Source of the DNA: Nemertoderma westbladi
Lineage: Eukaryota > Animalia > Xenacoelomorpha
NCBI GenBank assembly: GCA_032718475.1
Contig: JAUCBJ010008561.1
Location: 1-43,745, forward strand
Length of the DNA: 43,745 nt
Direction of reading: 5' to 3'
The notes below the pieces were generated by a model, which did not search any database, had not been told where the DNA came from, and saw only the letters and a list, made by a program, of their open reading frames with translations. Numbering within the stretch: position 1 is the first letter of the stretch; each line of letters opens with the position of its first letter. Of the stretch, positions 24,930 through 33,121 are shown one piece after another. The translations under genes and the position numbers were made by a program.

Positions 24930-25445
24930 AATAAGAAATTGAGCATCAAAATAGAATTAACCAATAAACAGTTTACCGGAAAAAACATTGCCAAATTTGA
25001 ACTAGAGAAAATTTCACAGCAAATTACAGGTCAAAGATGCTTAAAACCAAACATGTTTATCTACAAAGGTGACGATTCAACTATAATGCTATTTCCCAGC
25101 GGCGCAGTAACAATTGTAGGCCTGTGCAATAATTTAGCTAGTGAATTGCTTTATTTAAAACAAACTATCGGTTTGCAATTACAAAATTTGAAACTTAATA
25201 CCGAAACACGAACTATTATTTTTCCAAGTGTTAATTTTAAATTATTAATGAAAAAATGTGGACATCATACAATTAATAATAAAGCAATATTTATTAGCTA
25301 TACCCCTGAATTATTTTGCGCGATTAGAATATATATAGGACGTGCATATTTCAGTGTATTTCATAGTAATAAAATTGTTTCCATGTGTCCTGCCGGTGAA
25401 TTCCCCGGATCATTATCTATTTTACAAACTTTATTATTAAATTAG
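24930..25445 (+). CDS. Divergent TATA-binding-protein-like ORF, probably a spliced 3' exon
   Basis: TIMLFPSGAVTIVG, SYTPELFCAI and FSVFHSNKIV mirror the TBP repeat motifs LIFxSGKxVxTG and SYEPELFPGL. The frame opens right after TTTCTAG (24929) with no ATG until codon ~42. Confidence 0.7.
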   Translation, partial: NKKLSIKIELTNKQFTGKNIAKFELEKISQQITGQRCLKPNMFIYKGDDSTIMLFPSGAVTIVGLCNNLASELLYLKQTIGLQLQNLKLNTETRTIIFPSVNFKLLMKKCGHHTINNKAIFISYTPELFCAIRIYIGRAYFSVFHSNKIVSMCPAGEFPGSLSILQTLLLN

Positions 25446-25487
25446 TTTATTTACTATGGTATACATGAAAGTTTACTATATTATTTA

Positions 25488-26010
25488 TTTTGTGTTGGTT
25501 TTTATTTTTCCGTGAGTAGGGTTTGAATCCATGACCATCCGTGTTACCTACTTTTTATAATTGCATTAGTAGGACTCGAACCCTGGTTTAACTTATTTTG
25601 TGTTGGTTTTATAATGGTCGCGAGTAGGGATTGAACCCATGACCTTCTGTTTATTTTCCATAAAACGGGATATGAATAGGGATCGAACCTGTGAGCATAT
25701 GTTTTTCCTAATTTATGTTTAGTTTAGGTACTCTAGTTATTTTATGTTTAACTTATTTTGTGTTGGTTGTATATTGGTCGCGAGTAGGGATTGAACCTAT
25801 GGCCTCCTGTTTATTTTCCATAAAACGGGATATGACTAGGGATCGAACATGTGACCACCTGTTTATCCTATTTTATGTTTAGTTTAGGTACTCTAGTTAT
25901 TCTATGTTTAACTTATTTTGTGTTGGTTTTATATTGGTCGCGGAGTAGGGATTGAACCCGTGACCATCTGTTTATCCTATTTTGTGTTTAGTTTAGTTAC
26001 TCTATGTTAA
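25488..26010 (-). repeat. Degenerate tandem repeats (~160 bp period) carrying about seven Pol III B-box/T-arm motifs
   Basis: Plus-strand GGGATTGAACC, GGGATCGAACC and GGACTCGAACC read GGTTCRAnnCC on the minus strand, near 25520, 25572, 25628, 25680, 25788, 25840 and 25949. Confidence 0.75.
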
Positions 26011-26370
26011 AGTGAATTTTCACATTATATTTATGTTAAATGATAAATTTATGCTACAATTATTATTTATATTATAAAAACAGAAATATTCGAGTTATAT
26101 TGCATTATATATTTTTCATTGAAGTGGAATACTTTAGATGTTGTTTGCGAGGGATATTTGAATGGTGAGTATAACTATCCTTGAGAGCTAGTGCGACGTT
26201 ATCTCACTATGGATGGGCTTTACCACTGTACTCGCACCTGAAAGGTTAGCTGTGGTGTATTAGTTACGCTTAGCATTAGAGAATCCGTCCGTATCACCGA
26301 CTAGACAGCGAATCTGGCAACCCAGTTTTTGTTCTAGAGGCTTCAGTTTGTTGTAAATCAGGGCGTTAGG

Positions 26371-27053
26371 CACTGAGGCATAGACTATGACTCACTGAGG
26401 CATAGACTATGCCTCACTGAGGCATAGACTATGCCTCACTGGGGCACTGAGGCATAGACTATGACTCACTGAGGCATAGACTATGCCTCACTGAGGCACT
26501 GAGGCATAGACTATGACTCACTGAGGCACTGAGGCATAGAATGTGACTCACTGAGGCATAGACTATGACTCACTGAGGCATAGACTATGCCTCAGTGAGG
26601 CATAGACTATGACTCACTGAGGCATAGGCTATGCCTCAGTGAGGCATAGACTATGACTCACTGAGGCATAGACTATGTCTCACTGAGGCATAGACTATGC
26701 CTCACTGCCTCAGTGAGGCATAGACTATGCCTCACTGAGGCACTGAGGCATAGTCTATGCCTCACTGAGGCATAGTCTATGCCTCACTGAGGCATAGACT
26801 ATGACTCACTGAGGCATAGTCTATGCCTCACTGAGGCATAGATCTATGCCTCAGTGAGGCATAGACTATGCCTCACTGAGGCACTGAGGCATAGACTATG
26901 CCTCACTGAGGCACTGAGGCATAGACTATGCCTCACTGAGGCATAGTCTATGCCTCAGTGAGGCAGTGAGTCATAGTCTATGCCTCACTGAGGCATAGTC
27001 TATGCCTCAGTGAGGCATAGTCTATGCCTCAGTGCCTCAGTGAGGCATAGTCT
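26371..27053. repeat. 22-bp self-complementary minisatellite
   Basis: Unit CACTGAGGCATAGACTATGCCT, built from overlapping palindromes TATGCCTCA-c-TGAGGCATA and TGAGGCATAG-a-CTATGCCTCA. Confidence 0.95.
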
Positions 27054-27116
27054 GTGTCAGGTCTTAAATGTGAGTCTTACAAATTCGAACGTCAACGAAC
27101 AAATTCGAAGGTTACT

Positions 27117-27200
27117 GTTCCACCTTGGTGTAGTGGTTGCGTTGAATTCACATCTCCCGTATGTCATGGGTTCGATCCCCGCATGAACCAGGGCAGTTTT
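27117..27200 (+). ncRNA. tRNA-like Pol III unit (pseudo-tRNA or SINE head)
   Basis: A box TGGTGTAGTGG, B box GGTTCGATCCC, GTTC/GAAC end pairing, CCA at 27188-27190 and TTTT at 27197. The anticodon arm pairs poorly. Confidence 0.55.
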
Positions 27201-27274
27201 CGTTTGGTTAGCAATAGGCCTAACGTTGCAAAATGCTGTATTATTGCCTAGTAACCAATTCATGGCTACCGTAT

Positions 27275-27570
27275 GGTTTTCACTTTAAGACATTTCGCCC
27301 TCTAGCGGCAGACTGGGGAACTTCAGACTACTCTGTGACCCTGCAAAAGATATAGCCTATGCCGTAATAGATGCCGATTGGGGGGTCAAATTAAGTAATA
27401 ATATATCTAAATAAGCCTCAAACATCTTGCCTCATGGCTCGCCCCTTAGAACTCTTAAGCAATATAACTTCATGGTTTTGCGGATTGTAAATAACAAAGC
27501 TAGAGAAGATGTTAATTTTTAAACAATACGCCCTCTAGCGGCAGACTATGGAACTGCAGACGGCTGGACA
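27275..27570. repeat. Two copies of the Helitron-internal ~146-bp repeat family inside the TIR element
   Basis: GACATTTCGCCCTCTAGCGGCAGACTGGGGAACT...AAGATATAGCCTATGC and GATTGTAAATAACAAAG...GAAGATGTTAA match 33700-34800. Confidence 0.85.
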
Positions 27571-27782
27571 TAGATAAGAGTAATTAGTAATCAGAGCTGT
27601 CACGAGAGGGGGGCGGGGCGCTTGGATACAACTATTATTAATAAGCTGTTGCTTGGTTAAAGCTAATTGGGGGTCAAAGGTCAAAGGTCAACGATAAAGC
27701 TGTCTGGATATAGATAAGAGTAATTAGTTACCAGTAAGGGAGCTGTATACCCATAAAGTACAAATGAATAATTAATATAAAT

Positions 27783-28213
27783 ATAAAGTACAAATGAATA
27801 AATAAAGTAAAATAAAGTACAAATAATTAATTAAAATTAAATATAAATAAATAGGTATTAATGAATAAAAGAGCTGCGGTGTCACTTATGACACCCTCTT
27901 CCCCCTTCTCTGCGACAGTTGGACATCACTGATGACCCATTGTGTGTCAGGGCGCTAATCAGTCTGATTAATTAGGATAATCAATTAAACCCTAATTAGG
28001 AGTCATATGACACCTGTTAGGGTTTAATTATACTAATTAATTGATGACACCTGTCAATTAGGGTCTAATTAGCCTAATTGGGAGGTGTCACCCAGACAGT
28101 CTGGCGCCAATGACACCCAATGACACCCATAGGGTGATAATTGGGTGTCATATGACACCCAATGGGTGTCAGTTAGGTCCAACTGTCACAGAGAGGAGGA
28201 AGACCCTACTACT
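27783..28213 (-). repeat. Right terminal inverted repeat
   Basis: Reverse complement of 21466-21896; ends CCCTACTACT. Confidence 0.95.
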
Positions 28214-28215
28214 CA

Positions 28216-29976
28216 TACCCTTTCGTTGATACTCAGCTGATTGCTCCCTGGGCAGAAGGTCGAGGTTTCTTCCGCACTATGTATGCTAATACGCCTAGCA
28301 ACATTACCAAGGTGCAACGAACTTCCATTGGACATCTTGCCTTTCAGGAATACGGATGGAATTTCAAAGTCGGAAATCCCATTAACTATCAACAAGTATA
28401 CGGAGATCATTATTCTCGATTGTACTTTGATGGACCATTAACCGCACCTGGCGCCGTGTATAGCTTCATGAGTGTTCCACTCCGTCCCTCCTTAGCTATA
28501 TACACGATCTTTGAAAACACCGCACTTGCCGGTTGGCTAGCCGATGTGTGCAGTCGTACTATACACGCCCATCCATTAATACTTGGGACCAAACTCGCTA
28601 AGCTAGATGAACATAATAAATTCATCCGTTTCGAATGTTTCCGGCGATTTTTAACCCCGTTCCGCAACGTGGATAGCCAATTTAAAGACCGCGCTTTGAC
28701 CAAGCTCAGCCTAAGAGACTCAGCTGCAGAGAAGTTGGATAGCGCTGGATTCGCCGTTTTCCAAGAGATTTGTATATCGAACTTACACTCCTCTGTTATA
28801 CAAAGACCTCGAATCCCCACAGGTTATTCTGTCGTGGAAATTCAGACAATAGGTCCACCTGAAGAGACAGACGCGCCCACTTCAGCTATGCACTTGGAAG
28901 ACGAACCAATATGTCTAGAATCTGAAGAGATTCAGCCTATCGCGCCCCGGACCAGCGACAACGATTACATCATAGAATGGTATCAAGGTCCACAGTGTCT
29001 CATTGCGTACGATTATCGACATGCCAACTATGTTTCTAGGCAACGTTGTCGGTTATGCGCATCGAGAGACCACGATACGCCCATGGACACCAACGTCCGC
29101 TGTTCCTATTTCCAAGAACAACCGACTATGGAAATTTATTGCGCATATTGCAGACTCAATAACTTGCATATCTTTGCGGTTTGCCCTCAATTTATGACTC
29201 AATGTCACCATTGTCAACTAAAGGGACATGCCAGTTTCGATTGCCCTTTTAATCACGATTTGGAAAGCGTAGATGAAATGATCACACTACGTTACATCAG
29301 AGCTTGGGAAGCGAACGCTGATTTACATTGTGATTCGCGCCATCGCTATTATCCCGGACGCGCTTACGAAGGAGTTTATGCGTTCCATCCTTATCTATTC
29401 GCTTCGGTTGAACAGAAATCACGCATATCAAGTTACGAGCTACTGAAGCGCGTCGGAGAATGTATTTCAACCAAATTCGTACGCAAATTTCTCAGGAGTG
29501 TTAATCCTAGCGACCTTCATTCCTATAACTTAATCAATTATATCCGTCAGGATCCGGACTATGGAGACTTGTTTATTAACTCACACCCCGAGTTACAGGA
29601 AGTATATCGACGGCCTTACGAATACCGAGCCCGCGAACGCGAGTTGGAAAGAACCATTAAACCCCGGAGGTTTCTAACTGCCTATGGTCCACCCATGGCC
29701 CTCGTTCAGACCACTCGTAAAGGACCCGTAAGAGCGGCTGTCTTAAAACGAGCTCTCAAAGCCGTTAGACCCCTCTCCCCGGACGTTGATGTCAATCAAC
29801 CCGGTACTTCGACTGGCGGATACACCGACCATAATCCTACACCCTCTGATGCAATCATATTGCACCCTTCACCCAGGAGTTATAGCCCTCCTTGTAAAGT
29901 GGCTCGCCCCAAAGAGAAAAAGACTCTGGCTAGCTTTAAAAAACTGCGTAAACGCCGTCCGCGCAAGAAAGACTAA
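28216..29976 (+). CDS. Accessory Cys/His-rich zinc-knuckle protein with basic C-terminus; 5'-truncated
   Basis: Frame is open back to the TIR junction (first ATG 28279). CHHCQLKGHASFDC is CX2CX4HX4C; also CAYCRLNNLHIFAVC and CRLCASRDH; ends KKLRKRRPRKKD. The protein is conserved with the second copy despite many third-position changes. Confidence 0.85.
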   Translation, partial: YPFVDTQLIAPWAEGRGFFRTMYANTPSNITKVQRTSIGHLAFQEYGWNFKVGNPINYQQVYGDHYSRLYFDGPLTAPGAVYSFMSVPLRPSLAIYTIFENTALAGWLADVCSRTIHAHPLILGTKLAKLDEHNKFIRFECFRRFLTPFRNVDSQFKDRALTKLSLRDSAAEKLDSAGFAVFQEICISNLHSSVIQRPRIPTGYSVVEIQTIGPPEETDAPTSAMHLEDEPICLESEEIQPIAPRTSDNDYIIEWYQGPQCLIAYDYRHANYVSRQRCRLCASRDHDTPMDTNVRCSYFQEQPTMEIYCAYCRLNNLHIFAVCPQFMTQCHHCQLKGHASFDCPFNHDLESVDEMITLRYIRAWEANADLHCDSRHRYYPGRAYEGVYAFHPYLFASVEQKSRISSYELLKRVGECISTKFVRKFLRSVNPSDLHSYNLINYIRQDPDYGDLFINSHPELQEVYRRPYEYRARERELERTIKPRRFLTAYGPPMALVQTTRKGPVRAAVLKRALKAVRPLSPDVDVNQPGTSTGGYTDHNPTPSDAIILHPSPRSYSPPCKVARPKEKKTLASFKKLRKRRPRKKD

Positions 29977-30054
29977 CTGTTTAGAGTATTTACGTATATT
30001 AGAAACTGTGATTTTGTATATTTTATAGACTCAAATCCCATTTTCTGGGAGCGG

Positions 30055-31311
30055 TGTAAAAGCTTCTGTGGGATATAACTGGCCCTTTTGCTTCGCAATC
30101 CAGTTTCCCCCCTTGGCGCTGGAATACTCTAAAAGGCTCTATAACTATATATATATTCCCCTCGCCCGCAAGGTACCGTTATAGGTGTTTTAACGGACAT
30201 AAAAGTCATTCTGCTATATACGTGTTTTGGCGGACATGGTAAGGCAAAAAACCTGCAATGCACCAAATACCTTTCACAGCTTAGCCGTGATGATTCAGAT
30301 TGCGACATCTAGCAGCTGGTTGCTGGCATGGAAACAGCCATTGGACGCATGGTTCTTTGTTTGGCTTGAGCCAATCAGAGCGATTTTTTCTGTCGACGTG
30401 TAGATATTCGGTCGATCATACTAGGAGTGTTCAGTCTTACTGTTTTTTTGTGATACTGTTGTGTTGTTGCTATCTAGGCCAGGAACACCGGCTCTAGAGT
30501 CAACTCGTTTTCATACTTTAGAAGAAACATTAGTAGGCTTAAATTATAGAGCGTATAACTGTTATCTTATCTAATCATATCAACTGATCGCAATTCAGTC
30601 TTACATTATCGGTTCAATATACATTATTATACTGCTATTTGGTATTAGTTGGTCGAATATTATATGGAGAACATATATAAAGAACCCAAATTTCCCAATT
30701 TTCTTGATACACTACAGGTTAGAGAGACGGGTTATATATAGCGATTGCGACTTATATTGTTGTGGTTTGTAGTGAATTTAATGCTATTTGGTAAGCACTA
30801 CATGATTCGTTGCTGTTCTCTTTATATATGATAAAATTCATTGACGGTCGGCAAATTAGTGAGCAGTATCGTGTGTTACCGGTAGTGTGCATGATTGTGA
30901 CTGATAACTAAGCATTTCCTAAAGAATGCGCCTCATACGTGAATCATAAGCCTTACCGACTTGCCGTTGTGATTAGTATAAGTCATATCTCTGTTTACCT
31001 AGATTGAGCGCCACGTCCTAAAGGAACTGTTAATATTTCCCGAAAGTGAATAATATTAGTCAGAAATTATTTATTAACGATCAATCGAATAATACAATAC
31101 AGTAAGCTTACACTGCAATAATAATCTAAGCCCTCAGAATCCAGTCTCCCGGGTATATCCAGCGGGTGAATGGACGCGCACTAGGCTGGCTTCTGCTAAT
31201 GTTGTGTTTATTGGTATTAAATATTTGTCATCTTCTAAAGTCTATTTATAAACCAAAAGACATATAAATTTTGGCAGGTTAAACTGCTAAAGGTCTTCAA
31301 AAGCGCGTACA
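30055..31311 (+). repeat. 3' LTR (~1.26 kb)
   Basis: TGTA follows the PPT-like GGGAGCGG and the segment ends TACA, where homology to the second copy stops. CCAAT box near 30370 and TATATAAA near 30675. Confidence 0.75.
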
Positions 31312-32640
31312 CCCAAGTATAAGCAAAAAAGCATTAGAAACAACGAAATGGGAGAAGGATTTCACTTGAGACATTTCACCCTCTAGCGGCAGACTGAGAA
31401 ATTGCAGATTGGTCAGAGTTTTCCACAAACACGCAGTCTATGGTGTAGTAGACCTCTGACAAGTATAAGCCTAAAAGCATTAGAAACAACGAAACGGGAT
31501 AAGGTTTTCACTTTCAGACATTTCGCCCCCTAGCGGCCGAATGGAGAACTGCAGTTTGTTCGGCGTCTTACCTAGACACACACCCTATGTTGTACAACAC
31601 ATCTGGCAAGTGTCAGCCTGAAATCATATTATTAACGAAATGGGATAAGGTTTTCACTTTCAGACATTTGGCCCCCAAGCGGTTGGATAAATGCAGACTG
31701 GTTCTAGCTCCTCCCCAAACACACAGTCTATGGTATAGTAGACCTCTGCCAAGTATCAGCAAAAAAGCATTATAAACAATGAAATGCATAAAGGTTTTCA
31801 CTTTCAGACATTGCGCCCCCTAGCGGCAGACAGAGCTATTGCAGATTGGTCTTAGTTCTCCACAAACACGCAGTCTTTGATGTAGTAAACCTCCGACAAG
31901 TATCAGCCTAAAAACATTATAAACATCAAAATGGGATAAGGTTTTCACGTTCAGACATTTCGCCCCCCAGCGGCCGAATAGAGAACTGCAGGTTGTTCGG
32001 CGTCCTCTCCAGACACACACCCTATGGTGTAATACACATCTGCCATGTGTCAGCCTAAAAGCATTATTAATAACGAAATGGGATAAGGTTTTCACTTTCA
32101 GACATTTGGCCCCCTAGCGGTAGACTGGAGAGATGCAGACTGGTTTTAGCTCCTCCCCAAACAGGCAGTCTTGGTGTAGTAGACCTCTGCCAAGTATCAG
32201 CAAAAAAGCAGTATAAACAACGAAATGGGTGAAGGTTTTCACTTTCAGACATTGCGCCTCCTACCGGCAGACAGAGGAATTTCAGATTATTCAGAGTTCT
32301 CTACAAACACGCAGTCTATGGTGTAGTCGACTTCTGCCAAGAATCAGCAAAAAAGCATTATAAACAACGAAATGGGATAAGGTTTTCACTTTCAGATATT
32401 TCTCCCCCTAGCGGCAGACTGGGGAATTGCAGATTGCTCAGCATCCTCCGAAAACACACAGCCTATGGTATAGTAGACCTCTGCCACAGATCAGCTAAAA
32501 GGCATTAATAATAACGAAATGGGAGAAGGTTTTCCGTTTCTGACATTTCGCCCCCTAGCGGCAGACTGGAGAACTGCAGATTGATCAGTGTCTTCCAAAA
32601 CACACAGTCTATGGTCAGGAACGTATCTGCAAAGTATCAT
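31312..32640. repeat. ~146-bp tandem repeat array (about 9 units, trimeric ~437-bp substructure)
   Basis: TTTTCACTTTCAGACATTTCGCCCCCTAGCGGCAGA recurs at about 31372, 31519, 31664, 31808, 31955, 32102, 32249, 32396 and 32543. Confidence 0.9.
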
Positions 32641-33068
32641 TTAGAACAGATTGAGTCTGTTGGTGCAACCGCTGTTATAGAGTTTCCTGCTGGTTTGACA
32701 AATTTGGCTGAAAATGGTTATGGAATAATAGCCCAATTTGACCACAAATAACCATTCACATATAAATGATGCATAAAATTCGCCTCGATATAACGACGTT
32801 TCGCGTCCATGTGCTCAGGGCAGTCTGCATCACGTAGATGCGCATCATCAAAAGGTAGCATAATAGTCGAGACCCAACATGTAGAGTGACAGAATGAACT
32901 GCTAGGCCTACTGCGCTACCGGTACCAAATTCACGAAATCTGCATTCACGCAAACAAACGAGTAAAATAAGACTCGAGATAGCGACAGTGCACGTGCTCG
33001 TGACGAGAGCTTTCGTTCGATGTATCGCGAGCTCAGATTGGTGCTTGTGTGTAGAAACGTATAGCTTG

Positions 33069-33100
<32 letters not shown>

Positions 33101-33121
33101 CATGATATTTATATATATAGA
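31312..33121 (-). mobile_element. Non-autonomous Helitron copy B, 3'-truncated by the LTR
   Basis: Minus-strand 5' end TCTATATATATAAAT followed by a (TGTC)n microsatellite, as in Lep1-type Helitrons; internal ~146-bp repeats. Confidence 0.7.

Larger units (their letters stand above)
21466..28213. mobile_element. Non-autonomous Polinton/Maverick-like element (6.75 kb) with 431-bp TIRs
   Basis: Long TIRs with AGTAGTAGGG...CCCTACTACT ends (Polinton-type AGT-repeat termini) and an internal ORF carrying a pPolB-N-terminus-like GSGW domain. No TSD. Confidence 0.75.
28214..31311 (+). mobile_element. 3' part of an LTR retrotransposon (accessory ORF, PPT, 3' LTR) related to the BEL element at 35739-43745
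   Basis: Homologous in inverted orientation to 35739-38120; 5' end cut by the TIR. Confidence 0.75.

Noticed and set aside
32010-32040. 52-bp satellite derived from the Helitron repeat (ACACCCT..ATGGT)
   Set aside because: Similarity is limited to about 12 low-complexity bases.
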